Assembly: GCA_963827165.1 (NCBI GenBank)
Contig: CAWGZR010000004.1
Location: forward strand, 1 to 64,000
Source of the DNA: Candidatus Bathyarchaeota archaeon
GTDB lineage: Archaea; Thermoproteota; Bathyarchaeia; Bathyarchaeales; Bathycorpusculaceae
Direction of reading: 5' to 3'
DNA: 64,000 nucleotides
The position numbers and the translations under genes were made by a program. This document shows positions 28,851 to 39,573 of the stretch, in pieces. Positions within the stretch are counted from its first letter, which is position 1. Each line of letters starts with the position of its first letter. Below the pieces are notes generated by a model. It did not search any database. It worked only from the letters and a program-made list of their open reading frames with translations, and was not told the DNA's origin.

Positions 28851-29381
28851 CTCTGCCTATTTTGATTTGCACCCTTTCTCTCTTTTCCTCGAGTGCATAT
28901 GGAAGCCTTCCCCTTCTTTTTGAGGGCCTTCTCTCCTTAAACAAGGCAAAACACAAAAAAGCATATAAGCCATATTTCCAAAAACGCAACATATCGTAAA
29001 CTAAGAAAGATTCTACAGCTTCAAGCCTTGAATCTCACAAGCGTTATCCCAAAGACCAAAAAATCAAACTAATAACGAAAAATTAAAGCTAAGTGATCTT
29101 TCAAAGCGTTATTACTAGCATAGTCACGACTAATCAGAATAAAAGTTACAAACATTGTGTTGACGCGAACGAGTTTTGGGGTGCGCCCTCAGAATTAAGG
29201 TTGAAAAAATAGCATGCGGTTTTTTTTATCTCACCTGTTAGTTTCAGAGTTAGGCGCTGATTTACCAGTGTGAATTTTGATTTGATATTCGTCGTCAGTG
29301 AACGTTTAGGTTTGGTCGGTCGATGGATGGTTTTTTAGCCAGTTTAAGGGAGGTTACATCAAGAGATGTTTTCGAATTGGG

Positions 29382-29789
29382 CTATTCTATCCAGATGGTT
29401 TCGGGCAGATTTTTAAAATGTTCGTCTCCGGTGATGATTTTGCTCTGGTTTATTCTAGCTGTGGCGTACACAATAGCGTCGAATAAGCTTGGAGTGTTTT
29501 GCTTGGAAATTTTTGCTTGTTGGTAGAGTTCTAGTTGGTATTTTGCTGCTTCTAAAGCTGTCGCTGAATCGATTTGAGTTATCACTGAGGTGGTTGTGAT
29601 TATTTCAAGCCACGTATTGATTGTTTTTTCATCTGTGCCTTCTCTGAGAAATTTTCTTGCGGTTTCGGCTAAAACTGTGCTGGGCGTATATACTTCTTCG
29701 GCGTTTTCCATTAGTTCTTTTACTTTATTTCCTTTTTCGCTACCTATTAGCAGCTCAATCCATGCGTATGTATCAATTACGATCTTCAC
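29382..29789 (-). CDS. vapC: VapC PIN-domain toxin
   Basis: IVIDTYAWIE, VLAE, SLFDAIV, ITGDEHF. Confidence 0.9.
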   Translation of the reverse strand: MKIVIDTYAWIELLIGSEKGNKVKELMENAEEVYTPSTVLAETARKFLREGTDEKTINTWLEIITTTSVITQIDSATALEAAKYQLELYQQAKISKQNTPSLFDAIVYATARINQSKIITGDEHFKNLPETIWIE

Positions 29790-29982
29790 CGCGATCTTCC
29801 TCGGAAAATGGTTTTATTCGGTTTTTGGCGATGCCAAATCCTTTGTCTAAAACTGCTTTACGCTGTTTCTTAACTAGTAATTTAATTGTTTCATCAATAT
29901 TTTCTGCGTTTAGCTTTTCGCGCAGGTGCTCAAGTGTTTTGGCAGTGTTCTTTGAAACCCGAATGGTTGTTGTGTCGTTCAT
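29773..29982 (-). CDS. vapB: VapB antitoxin (RHH-like)
   Basis: TTTIRVSK.T..L..DETI; overlaps vapC start. Confidence 0.85.
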   Translation of the reverse strand: MNDTTTIRVSKNTAKTLEHLREKLNAENIDETIKLLVKKQRKAVLDKGFGIAKNRIKPFSEEDRGEDRN

Positions 29983-30089
29983 AAGTAACCACTAACCATT
30001 TTTTAGTATACAAGTAGATAAGTATACTTGTTTTTTTTCACACTTAATCATTAGGCGCGCGAACTGTGATTCAAGTTTCAGACGTGGGT

Positions 30090-30240
30090 GTTGGCGATAG
30101 CTCAAAAGCATTAATTGCTGTACTTGACAGAATTGTTTTTTTTTCGTCTCAAGCTGGGTTACAAATTCAATCGACTCTTTGCGGTTTCTTAAGAAGTCTA
30201 TCAGTATGTCTGTGTCAATTATTATTCTGTCGGGACCCAT
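30090..30240 (-). pseudogene. Truncated, frameshifted VapC
   Basis: IIIDTDILIDFLR, then in shifted frame TILSSTAINAFEL; C-terminal half missing. Confidence 0.7.
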
Positions 30241-30368
30241 TTTTTCACGATTCGTTTAGTAAAAAATATGTTGAACAGGTACGCAATGCTTAACATGAAT
30301 TACGAAACAGAACGGACAATTCATAAGAAAAATAAACTGACTTCAAGATAACTCAATGCATATGCTGT

Positions 30369-30596
30369 GTGACCTTGATGACGATAGGTTTGGGATTCGT
30401 AATCACTGTTTGTGACTATGTAAATGGAAAAAGCGACAAAAGTTTGGATGAGATAGCGGAAAAAATATTGTCTAAGGTTCGCCCGGATGATTTGCAAGAT
30501 TTCTTTGAGAAAATCGCCTTGTTTAGTATCAAAAATAATCGATATCAAGAACTTAAAGCGAAATGTGAAACAATACTTGAATTGAAGCACAACTGA
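30369..30596 (+). CDS. Hypothetical protein or C-terminal fragment
   Basis: 75-aa protein-like ORF, no recognised motif. Confidence 0.3.
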   Translation: MTLMTIGLGFVITVCDYVNGKSDKSLDEIAEKILSKVRPDDLQDFFEKIALFSIKNNRYQELKAKCETILELKHN

Positions 30597-31645
30597 AATC
30601 GCCACAATAAAATGTTACATTCTAAAAGAATTAAACTTCACTTAGAGATGATTGAGTTAGGTCATTATAGTAACGAAAGTATTTACTCAAGACATCTTTA
30701 AAATTGACTTTTTATTGTCCAATTAATTAGATGGAAATTTGCGGGAACATCTATACTCCGATAGGAGCTTAATTTCTTTTTTAGGAGAATTATCATGAGG
30801 TCTTCTTTATCAAGTGAAACAATGATTGCTATTGTTTTATTAAGGTCGATCTTGTGATGGAGAGCTTCGATGCTGTATATGTTATATTCTAAGCAGAAAC
30901 AACAGTGCTTGAGGTGAAGAAAGGTGTTTTATACGACAGTGGATTAACATATTTTTGGGTTAAGTCAACAAATGAGGTCCATTTGTTTTCTTGGTTTCTG
31001 TTAGCTATGTTGAAGGGTAAGCTTATGTTTTTCGATGGCAAGAGTTCCCATGCTTCTTGGTAGATGTCTTGGTTCGGCGAGATTGAAAATTGGTTGGGAG
31101 ATTGATTAGTATTTCGGCGCATTTTTTGTTTTTATGTTCACCGGCTTTTAATGCGACGATAAGAACATTGGAATATAGAGTGAGAAGTTTACTTAGCACT
31201 ATTCATGTCGTCTGACCTGCGTGTTTCTTCTATTATGTAGGGCCGATATTCCATTTAGTTGAGACTGCGGTTTTTAGGTTTAGAGAGTTTTGTTGACACC
31301 AGTTTCAGTCTTAATTTTTTTTCTTCCTCAATCAGAGTCTCTTCATTGGTTATCATTAGTTCTGGATAATGATATTCAGTCCAGGTTTTAAGCCAAGTTC
31401 CACTTTTAACCGTTTTAGCTCTTTCAGCAGTTCTTGGGCGAGGTTTTAACGTCGAATTGTTGCCATTGCAGATCATCTATTTTTATGGTTATCCGGATTT
31501 AATCCAAAGTATAATTGTTTCTGGACACTTCAGCAGAAACAAACACTTGATTGCTTGTTCAGGCGAGCTGAACTCAAGTAAGCAGGCGTCGTAAGCCATG
31601 ATTTCGAGGGCAACATCGCTTCATGGTTGAAAAAATTTGCAATTG

Positions 31646-31770
31646 AAACGCCTACGTCACGGTTAGGTGCGCGTTATCTCCGTTTTAAACGGAGAATGAT
31701 AACGGCACGCAATTAAAAAAAGAATTAAGAAGAGAATAAAAATATAAACAGTTACACCGTTCTTTAGTTT
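31646..31770 (+). repeat. dif-like site plus bulged hairpin repeat, copy 2
   Basis: aaacgcctacg tcacgg TTAGGTGCgcgttatctccgttttaaacggagaatgataacggcac..gagaataaaaata..tctttagttt matches 28530-28645. Confidence 0.85.
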
Positions 31771-31968
31771 TTGGCGGTTTTGTTTTCGGTTTAAACTTCA
31801 GCTGCGATTTCTTCGATTGGCTTTAGCGGTGGCGTTGTAGCCTTCGTGTAGCCTATTCAGGCTCCTATTGCCAAGATAGCTATGAATCGGATGAAAACCG
31901 GTTCCTATAGGGCTCAACGAACAGTGCCGACTCTTATCCCTGACGGTATAGTAACTTATTGCTTGTTT

Positions 31969-32445
31969 TCAAAAATTCTTTAGGTGCATTACGTCAAATT
32001 GTCCTTTAGATTTTTCAAACAGCTTGTTGTCGGCCGTGATCAGTTGAGCGTCCATTTTGTTGCTGAGAAAAAGGTATGCGGCATCATAAACGGCAATTTC
32101 AATTTTGCAGGCTATCGCTAAAACCTGAGACGCTTCGGTCCAGGACAATTCGTGGAGATTCAACTCTGCGTTCTGCAAAAAATCTAGGGCGTCTTGAGCA
32201 TCCGTTTGTTGAATTCTCTTTTGTTTCGCGGCCAGCCATAAGGCATTTGCGGTTTCTTGTACTATAAATGAGGGAGCAAAGACTTGAATTGTCCCAGTTT
32301 GAAAGGTTGCTTTTAGTCTATTCGAATTTTCTTGGTATGTTTCGTCCGGCAGAATCCACTTCAATACCACGCTAGCGTCTAAGACATATTTGAGCGTGTG
32401 CTTGTCACGTCCTTCCTTCTCGAATCCAAGACAAAATTTCCTCAT
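31969..32445 (-). CDS. vapC: VapC PIN-domain toxin (true start probably near 32405)
   Basis: YVLDASVVLKW, ETANALW, AVYDAAY, LITAD.KL. Confidence 0.88.
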   Translation of the reverse strand: MRKFCLGFEKEGRDKHTLKYVLDASVVLKWILPDETYQENSNRLKATFQTGTIQVFAPSFIVQETANALWLAAKQKRIQQTDAQDALDFLQNAELNLHELSWTEASQVLAIACKIEIAVYDAAYLFLSNKMDAQLITADNKLFEKSKGQFDVMHLKNF

Positions 32446-32659
32446 TAGTTACCGGTTTTGACCTTTTTCTTATCTCATCGAGTTTGTCGAAGGCTTCTCT
32501 CTTTTTTTGTTCGTTTATTTTATTTTGCAAGCATTCTCGGATATATTGGCTCCAGTTAACATCAATTTTCTGCATATCATTCTTTAAGGCTTTAGGGACT
32601 CTCACGGTTATTACCACAACTTGTTCTTGATCGGCTAAGGCCATGACTTCATCTCCCAA
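32405..32659 (-). CDS. vapB: VapB antitoxin (RHH)
   Basis: VITVRVPK.LK..M..VNWS.YIR..WIREGR; palindrome ATTAATATATATTAAT upstream at 32680-32695. Confidence 0.88.
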   Translation of the reverse strand: MGDEVMALADQEQVVVITVRVPKALKNDMQKIDVNWSQYIRECLQNKINEQKKREAFDKLDEIRKRSKPVTNEEILSWIREGRT

Positions 32660-32796
32660 TTACCGTTATCGTATATAGCATTAATATATATTAATAAGCA
32701 TTATGTGCTGTATATCAAGCTGAGCAATTGAAGAGAAATCAACGCATCGATAGGTTAAGACGTTGTTATTGCGTCGATTCTCGCTGTGTTTCCGGT

Positions 32797-32860
32797 AAAG
32801 CGCCTCGTCACGTTTAGGTGCTCGTCACCTCTTTACTTTCAGAGAATAATTACGGCACAA
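32797..32860 (+). repeat. dif-like site plus bulged hairpin repeat, copy 3
   Basis: aaagcgcctcg tcacgt TTAGGTGCtcgtcacctctttactttcagagaataattacggcac. Confidence 0.85.
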
Positions 32861-33154
32861 AGACACACTCACTGCATCGCAAACAGCCTCTGCAAGGGCG
32901 CAACCGAGGCGGTCAGCACAATCATGCTATAATGTGCTCAGGAGAGTTTTTCCTATAAATTCAATCTGTTCAGACGTGACCTATGGTAAATTGACAGAGA
33001 AAACCTGCCTGGATAGCTTGGAGCTCCAAAGTTCTTTATGACATTGAGGCAGCAGCATGAAAGATTGGGGCTGTTTTTGATAGTTTTAACCAAAACTGAT
33101 AAGTGGTTAGTTTTTGTTTTTTGTTATCTAAATTTACTTTAGCGTTAGGATGGT

Positions 33155-34741
33155 TTGATGAGTAAAGCTGCGGATATGGCTAAGGCTTCTGTGAGGGGCG
33201 GTTTTCATGTTTTGTGGGGGCTGTTAGTTTCCACAATCATTTCAGCAGTCGGCGCAATCATCCTCGCTTTGGTGTTGGGCGAAAACAATTATGGCCTATA
33301 CGCTGTGGTTTTAGCGGCGCCAACGCTTATTGGGTTATTTCAGGATTTGGGAGTAAATTACGCGGTTACTCGTTATTCGGCACGGCTCAATGCCGAAAAC
33401 AAGGCTGCGCAAATAAGAAGCATCTTTCTGTCTGGGTTTATCTTCAAAACGTTGTTAGGCTTGGCGCTCTCACTTTTTTGTCTTTTGCTTTCGCCATATT
33501 TGGCGACAGCTGTTTTTCATCGCCCCCTTATTACGCCGCTAATTCAAGCGGTTTCATTCATTATTTTGGCGCAAGCCCTTGTGAACACTGCAACTGCCGC
33601 ATTCACTGGCGTCGAGAAAATGCACCTCAACAGCATTATGGTTGTAAGCCAATCAATCATCAAAACTATACTTGCGCCTGCACTGGTTTTGGTTGGTTTA
33701 AGCCTGTACGGAGCTGTCATGGGTTACACAATTGCCTACCTAATCACTGCAGTAATAGGACTCTTGCTTGCGTGGACAATCTACAAGAGTCTGCCGGGTT
33801 TAGTCTCGAATAAAATGGATCTCTTAAACGACATGAAAGTACTTCTTAGATTCGGATTACCTTTATCTTTTGGCGATATTATTGGGAGTTTTCTTACTCA
33901 ATTTTACACTTTTGTATTGGCTATTTATGTTGCTAACAACACTCTTATTGGAAATTACAATTTAGCCTCGAATTTTCTCGTGTTGATAACGTTTGTTTCC
34001 CAGCCGATTAATACTATGTTATTTCCAGCGTTCTCAAAACTTGACGCTGAAACTGAGCAAACAACGCTTAAAAACGTCTACCAATCCTCAGTAAAATATT
34101 CAACTCTTCTGGTTATGCCAGTCATAGCAATTATGATCGCGCTTGCAGGACCTGGCGTTTCAACAATATTTGGTCACCGCTATTCTCAAGCACCATTTTA
34201 CCTATCAATACTCGCCATCAACTACGTGTTCTTAGCCTTTGGCATATACAGCACAGGCAATTTAATCAACAGTCAAAACCAAGCCTCTATCAAAATAGTA
34301 CTTGTTTTAGTTACAGTAGTCATGGGCGTACCGTTGGGTTTAATCATGATTTCAAGATACGGCGTACTAGGTATGCTTATCACTCTAATCTTTGATGGTG
34401 TACCGAGCACCATTATTGGTTTGGTCTTCATAAAAAAGCATTACAACACGACCGTCGATTGGGTTGCGTCAGGAAAAATAATTCTATCCGCCTCCGTGGC
34501 AGCTCTCCTCGCCTACGTCGTCATTAAATTACCCCTTCCAAGCCTTATCCAGCTGATAATCGGCATAGTAATCTTCCTGCCGTCTTTCATAATGATGATA
34601 GTTCTAACAAGAACCCTCAGCAGAACTGACATAGTTAACTTACGGGAAATGACCAACAGTTTGGGACCATTGGGCAAACTAGTAAATACCTTGCTAATCT
34701 TGATAGAAAAGCTTATGACGATTACGCCGCGCTTTTCTTAG
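33155..34741 (+). CDS. Oligosaccharide flippase (Wzx/MOP family)
   Basis: About 14 TM; LG..NYGLY, DLGVN.AVTRY, LLRFGLPL, LFPAFSK. Confidence 0.85.
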   Translation: MMSKAADMAKASVRGGFHVLWGLLVSTIISAVGAIILALVLGENNYGLYAVVLAAPTLIGLFQDLGVNYAVTRYSARLNAENKAAQIRSIFLSGFIFKTLLGLALSLFCLLLSPYLATAVFHRPLITPLIQAVSFIILAQALVNTATAAFTGVEKMHLNSIMVVSQSIIKTILAPALVLVGLSLYGAVMGYTIAYLITAVIGLLLAWTIYKSLPGLVSNKMDLLNDMKVLLRFGLPLSFGDIIGSFLTQFYTFVLAIYVANNTLIGNYNLASNFLVLITFVSQPINTMLFPAFSKLDAETEQTTLKNVYQSSVKYSTLLVMPVIAIMIALAGPGVSTIFGHRYSQAPFYLSILAINYVFLAFGIYSTGNLINSQNQASIKIVLVLVTVVMGVPLGLIMISRYGVLGMLITLIFDGVPSTIIGLVFIKKHYNTTVDWVASGKIILSASVAALLAYVVIKLPLPSLIQLIIGIVIFLPSFIMMIVLTRTLSRTDIVNLREMTNSLGPLGKLVNTLLILIEKLMTITPRFS

Positions 34742-34918
34742 CGGTCGCTTGGGTAGTCTGGGACCCCTTTTTACTTTCGTTCTTCCTTTTTTATCTTCAA
34801 TTTCCGTAGGCCCACAAAAGTGAACCAGCATGAAAAATGCTAAGGCGTTAAACTATCTTATGATTCTTGTTTGAAATAGTCTCTTTAGAAAACATTTTTC
34901 GACACCGGTATTCCGTGA

Positions 34919-35170
34919 TTACTTTTTGATCTTTAAAGCTCTCAGATCTTGGACTGCGAAGACAGCAAGGAATACAAATAGATTAATATGGTTTAAGGGC
35001 GAGAACTATTAGCAAATTGCTGCACAAGAATCTATTCAATAAATGAACTTATAGAGGGTAAATGTTAAGCAAAAAATAACGCTGATGATAGTAATGCCAG
35101 CAAAGAAGGAGCGAAAAGAAGTTTCTTTTTTCAACACAGGAAAGACGTTTCAGATCCTCCCGAAGTATAC
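34919..35170 (-). pseudogene. Degenerate C-terminal fragment of YdjM-like membrane hydrolase
   Basis: DLKRLSCVEKRN..SNLLIVLAL..AVQDLRALKIKK* resembles the C-terminus of 40984..41634. Confidence 0.55.
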
Positions 35171-35178
35171 GACTATTC

Positions 35179-35679
35179 CTATACTATTAGAGCCAGCAAT
35201 GGTAAAAGCATCAGTATATTTCTTTTATCGACTGATAGAAGTCGCCGTAAATCTCCTGAGTACATAATGAGTCCTGCGGCTAGGACCAAGCCTGCTGTTT
35301 CAAGTGTAACATCGACAACAGAAGGCATACCAAAGCCAAAGCCCACAAGTTTGTAGCTGAACGGCCAGAAGATCATAACTTTTCCCATGATTAAGTCTCC
35401 GAAAGCAAAGTGCTGTACCACCGCCACGAAGTAGGGAATGGATTTTAAACGAAAAATAATGAAGAGTGGCACAAACAGGATGATCCAGAAGAGAAACGAA
35501 TGTGTAAAGGTGCGGTGCATGACTCCTATGCCTCCGAGAAGAAGATCTCCATCGGGCAAAATCCCAAGAAGCAGGATTAGGGGCACAATGAGCTTTCCTG
35601 TGCGTTTTACGCCGGGTATGAACGCCCAAGCTATCATAGCGAAAACATAGGCTCACATCATATGCCCAAGAAAATACAG
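35179..35679 (-). pseudogene. YdjM-like metal-dependent membrane hydrolase, copy 1 (nonsense, truncated)
   Basis: CTG-YFLGHMM*AYVF, LPDGD, HRTFTHS, HFAFGD; TGA at 35655-35653; 3' end lost. Confidence 0.75.
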
Positions 35680-36030
35680 TTAAAGCTCCTCCAACTTAGC
35701 GTCCGATCAGATGATAGCTGCAAAACAAGTAATCCTGCACCTTAAAAGCATATTGACACGCGGCCCCGTTAACCTCATAAGCCACATTTCAAAAAACTAC
35801 AAGGTGTCGCATCGACATGTTGCTTTAATCTCCGCTGAAAAATCTGTATTCAAAAGAATTTGATTTAAGCTTTGTCGGCGTGTTTAATGCTTTAAGCTGT
35901 TTTCGTCGAGTTTAGCACCATTTGGTTTTTAGGTTTTCTGCTTCTTTAAAATGGTCGTCGTCTGAAAAAAGGGAACATTCATAAATTTGGGCTGTTGCCG
36001 TAAAATGGCTGCAAGCTTTTTGTCGTCCTT

Positions 36031-38043
36031 TCAACGAGGATGACGTGTAGGTGTTGGAGTTGGCTTAGGAGTGGGTGTTGGTGTGGGTTTAGTTGTGGGA
36101 GTTGGTGTGGGTTTAGTTGTGGGAGTTGGTGTGGGTTTAGTTGTGGGAGTTGGCGTTGGGGTAAGTGTCGGACTTGGACTTGGAGTTGGTGAGGACGATG
36201 GCGTTGGCGTAGGGGTAATTGTCGGAGTCGGGATGGGTGTGGGTGTGTAGGTGGCGTATATGCTTGTGGTGGTTTGTTCGTATCCGGTTGGGGTTCCAAA
36301 AGTTGATGTATACTCGTTTGAGTAGGTGGTTGTTTTCCATGCGTGTGTGTTTGCGGTTGTGGAGCTCATTGTTCCTGTTGCTGATGAGCTGCTTGAGATT
36401 ATGCATAGCCAGTAGTATCCTGTGGTGAGGGTGCTTTGTGGGAGGGTGAATGTGTTCCATCCTGTTGTGGTGACTGTTTGGCTGCTGCTTTGGGCTATTA
36501 GGGTGTTTGGTGCGCCGTTGTTGTCTGTGTATATTGCTGCTTTGGCGCTAAAGCCTGTTGTGGTGAAGTAGGTTGATATGCTTTGAACTTGGCCGCTTTG
36601 GGTTAGTTGGAATCTGCTTGCATCCTTATCCGTACCAAAATAGTTGGTTAGCGACCCAACAGCTGTATCCCCAAAAGTACTTGATGTTGGAGTAGGCGTA
36701 GACGTAGGCTTAGACGTAGGCGTAGACGTAGGTACTGGAGTAGGTGTTGGTGTTGGGGATGGTGTTGGAATGGCTGTTGGGGTATAAGTGGCGTATATGC
36801 TTGTGGCGGTTTCCTCATATCCAGCGGGGGTTCCGAATGTTGACGTATATTCATTTGCGTAGGTGGTTGTTTCCCAGGCGTGTGTGTTTGACGATGTAGG
36901 TGTCATGGTGCCTGTCGACGAAGCGCTTGAGACTGCGCATAGCCAATAGTACCCAGCAGTGAGTGCAGTTTGTGGGAGAGCGAATGTATTCCAGCCGGTT
37001 GAAGAAACTGATTGGCTACCGCTTTGAGCGACTAGAGTGGATGGCGCACCATTGTTATCTGTATAGATTGCTGCTTTGGCGCTAAAGCCTGTGCTGGTGA
37101 AGTAGGTTGTAATGTTTTGCAGTTGGCCGTTTTGGGTTAGTTGGAATCTGCTTGCGTCTTTATCGGTGCCAAAATAGTTGGTTTCTGATCCAACTGCTGT
37201 ATTCCCAAAAGTAGCTGATGTCGGAGAAGGCGTTGGAGGATAGGTTGAGCCGAGATTTAATGCTTGATTGGTAGTTAAAACTCGAACTCCGCTGTTGGCG
37301 ATATAACTGAGTAAAGTGCTGAAGTCAGTTGTGTCTATTCCATACGGCAAATATGAAGCAACGTTCGCTGCAGGGACAACGTGGTGGAAAAAGATGATTA
37401 CCCAACTGTTTGTTGCTATGGCCTGATCTACTGCTGCTTCATCTTGCGATAAAGCTGTAGTGACACTTGCTGCTTCGCCTGCAAATCCCATGGGGATATC
37501 TGTTGAGGGCGATATTGGGTTTAGCCAGTTTGATTGATATGAGTATCGTGCTGACCTGTAATATTGAAGAACGATGCTGTCGGTAGTGCTGTTTGCATCT
37601 CCGTATGGGTAAGCAAAGTTTTTACCGGAAAGACCATTGGATTGAAGAAACTGTTGAGATTCACTACATTCCGCGTTAGTCTGAGCGGCAGTCAAATCTA
37701 GAAAGTCTGGGTGGTCAACGCTATGACTGCCTATTTCATTGCCGCTAGCCTGCAGGGTTTGAAGCTCTGGAACTGTCATGTACCCACTTGTTCCTAGAAA
37801 GCCAGTAATGACGTAGAACGTTCCATTCATTCCGTATTGTTGCAGTAGTGGATAAGCATTATCGAATTGGTCTTGGTTGCCGTCGTCAAAAGCGATCGTA
37901 ACAACTCCTGATGTTTGTTGCGCTTTTGTCAGTTTCACGGGTGAAAATATTAAAGTGCTTAGCATTATTAGAATAATAACTGTTATATACAATATTTTGA
38001 ATGATTTCTTCATTTTTTTCACCCTGCGAATAAAATTAATCAA
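36031..38043 (-). CDS. Secreted polysaccharide deacetylase (NodB/CE4) with two tandem C-terminal domains and Pro/Thr linkers
   Basis: Signal peptide, [26 protein letters not shown]; duplicated [31 protein letters not shown] domain. Confidence 0.88.
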   Translation of the reverse strand: MINFIRRVKKMKKSFKILYITVIILIMLSTLIFSPVKLTKAQQTSGVVTIAFDDGNQDQFDNAYPLLQQYGMNGTFYVITGFLGTSGYMTVPELQTLQASGNEIGSHSVDHPDFLDLTAAQTNAECSESQQFLQSNGLSGKNFAYPYGDANSTTDSIVLQYYRSARYSYQSNWLNPISPSTDIPMGFAGEAASVTTALSQDEAAVDQAIATNSWVIIFFHHVVPAANVASYLPYGIDTTDFSTLLSYIANSGVRVLTTNQALNLGSTYPPTPSPTSATFGNTAVGSETNYFGTDKDASRFQLTQNGQLQNITTYFTSTGFSAKAAIYTDNNGAPSTLVAQSGSQSVSSTGWNTFALPQTALTAGYYWLCAVSSASSTGTMTPTSSNTHAWETTTYANEYTSTFGTPAGYEETATSIYATYTPTAIPTPSPTPTPTPVPTSTPTSKPTSTPTPTSSTFGDTAVGSLTNYFGTDKDASRFQLTQSGQVQSISTYFTTTGFSAKAAIYTDNNGAPNTLIAQSSSQTVTTTGWNTFTLPQSTLTTGYYWLCIISSSSSATGTMSSTTANTHAWKTTTYSNEYTSTFGTPTGYEQTTTSIYATYTPTPIPTPTITPTPTPSSSPTPSPSPTLTPTPTPTTKPTPTPTTKPTPTPTTKPTPTPTPKPTPTPTRHPR
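36049..36250 (-). repeat. Coding tandem repeats, about three 24-bp units (PTTKPTPT), within the PT linker
   Basis: tgtgggtttagttgtgggagttgg repeated at about 36082-36153. Confidence 0.85.
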
Positions 38044-38290
38044 ATAACCAGTGTTTGAAACTATTATTTAAGGCATATTTCGACCGCAGGAATATGTTGA
38101 AAAAGTTTCTCCCTTAGTCTTGGCCTATAAAATAAAAGGCAATGCTTTTCAAAAATGTTTCTGTGAAATCTTTTCTTGGACCGTGTCTACGAAGATCTAC
38201 AGTTAAAACGAATGCTCCTTCAGAGGACCATTTAAATCCTTAATTTATTTGACTTGCTAATTTCCTTTAATGTAAATTTTAGGAAATAGA

Positions 38291-38428
38291 AGCAATCTGC
38301 CAATAGCTCTCGCCATAGGCCACATTATTCTATTTACATTCATTGCAATCTCCGCATTCCAAGGACTACGAGCCTTTCGACCCAAAACAAATAAAACCAC
38401 ACGAAAAAATAGATCTGAGCGCCAGTGA
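38291..38428 (+). pseudogene. C-terminal fragment of YdjM-like hydrolase on the opposite strand
   Basis: SNLPIALAIGHIILF..SAFQGLR vs SNLLIILAIGHLILV..STFQGLR in 40984..41634. Confidence 0.65.
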
Positions 38429-38486
38429 TAACGACCTAAAGATTACTGAAAGCTTATTTGTAAATCCTAACACATTGTTACCCTGA

Positions 38487-38636
38487 GGCAAGCTTTCACA
38501 CGCCGAAGAAGTAGGCGACATGATACTGCACGTTGACGACGAAGGCGAACCGCTTTTCCTAGAGATTCTTAAAGCCAGCAAAATAGTTCCACTGATGGTT
38601 GAAGGCTTAGCAAAAAAAGAAGTAACCGTTGCTTAG
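38487..38636 (+). pseudogene. DUF2283-like (TA-associated) protein fragment lacking N-terminus
   Basis: GKLSHAEEVGDMILHVDDEGEPLFLEILKASK. Confidence 0.6.
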
Positions 38637-38763
38637 GATTGAGGCTAAAGGGTAGCGGCGCCGGCGTAAATTGAGTTAACTTTATCCTACATCGATAATG
38701 CGCCGTTATTCACGCACTATCATAGAAAGTCGGCATTCACAAATCTAAGATTTAATTTAACTG

Positions 38764-39573
38764 TTAGAATTGAGCTTCTAGCATTATTCGTTTCAAAATT
38801 TCGGCCCCGTTTTTAAATCCTAGTTTCTTCTCGCCTAATCTTTCTCGGTATTTAATGGGTACTTCCGCGATGGCAAAACCTTCGCATGTCACATGATGAT
38901 TAAGCTCTACCTCAACATCAAAACCCTTAGACTTTACCTTCCAGTTTCTAAGTATTTCCGCACGCACCACACGCAAACCAGTCAAAGGATCAGCCAACTG
39001 GATTCCGTTAAAAAAGTTATGAGCAAAAGCAATAAGCCTATTCCCAAAATAAAAAACGCGATTCGACCCTGTCAAATCCGCATAACCACTTAACCTGCTA
39101 CCGCAAACCATGCCCACATCAGGATTCGCCTCCATTACCTGAATCATCTTTGGAACGTATTCGGCAGGATAAGTGTAGTCTGCGTCAGTAATAACAACAT
39201 AATCAACCGTTAAATCCAAATTCTCAATTGCCTTCGCTATTGCATCTCCTTTCCCCAAGCCATCTTGTAAAACGACGTGGGCGCCCATGTTCTTGGCTTC
39301 TTCAACCGTTCGATCTGTGCTTTTGCCGTCCACAACCAAAATCTTGGGACACTTAAGTGTATGGTTTAACTCGGAGATGGTGAGACCGATGCCTTTTTCC
39401 TCGTTCAAAGCAGCTATTACAACCTGAGTTGAAGGGGCACGCCGCAAAACTTTTTTCTGTACTTGCCGTGGCGTTATAGTTTCGTTCTCCACTACTGCAC
39501 CTATTATCGACTGTGTCGAAGAAGCGTACTGCAAATCTCCTTTTACAAAATTTCGATTTAAACTCTTATTCAT
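38764..39573 (-). CDS. GT2 glycosyltransferase (DPM synthase-like)
   Basis: VIAALNEE, VVDGKSTD, GKGDA, DAD, DPLTG, GFDVEVE, EVPIKY.ER.G. Confidence 0.9.
   Translation of the reverse strand: MNKSLNRNFVKGDLQYASSTQSIIGAVVENETITPRQVQKKVLRRAPSTQVVIAALNEEKGIGLTISELNHTLKCPKILVVDGKSTDRTVEEAKNMGAHVVLQDGLGKGDAIAKAIENLDLTVDYVVITDADYTYPAEYVPKMIQVMEANPDVGMVCGSRLSGYADLTGSNRVFYFGNRLIAFAHNFFNGIQLADPLTGLRVVRAEILRNWKVKSKGFDVEVELNHHVTCEGFAIAEVPIKYRERLGEKKLGFKNGAEILKRIMLEAQF

Noticed and set aside
30600-31620. AT-rich ORF fragments 30889..31122 and 31255..31476
   Set aside because: Probably decayed genes, but no family recognisable, so not called
31667-31708. SECIS-like element (ATGA bulge)
   Set aside because: ATGA is not conserved in the other copies and no selenoprotein-like ORF is adjacent
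29249-31710. Classical integron attC sites (GTTAGGC at 29249, GTTAGGT at 31662 match GTTRRRY)
   Set aside because: No complementary RYYYAAC box upstream at attC distance, the hairpin lies on the wrong side of the GTT, and other copies lack the G
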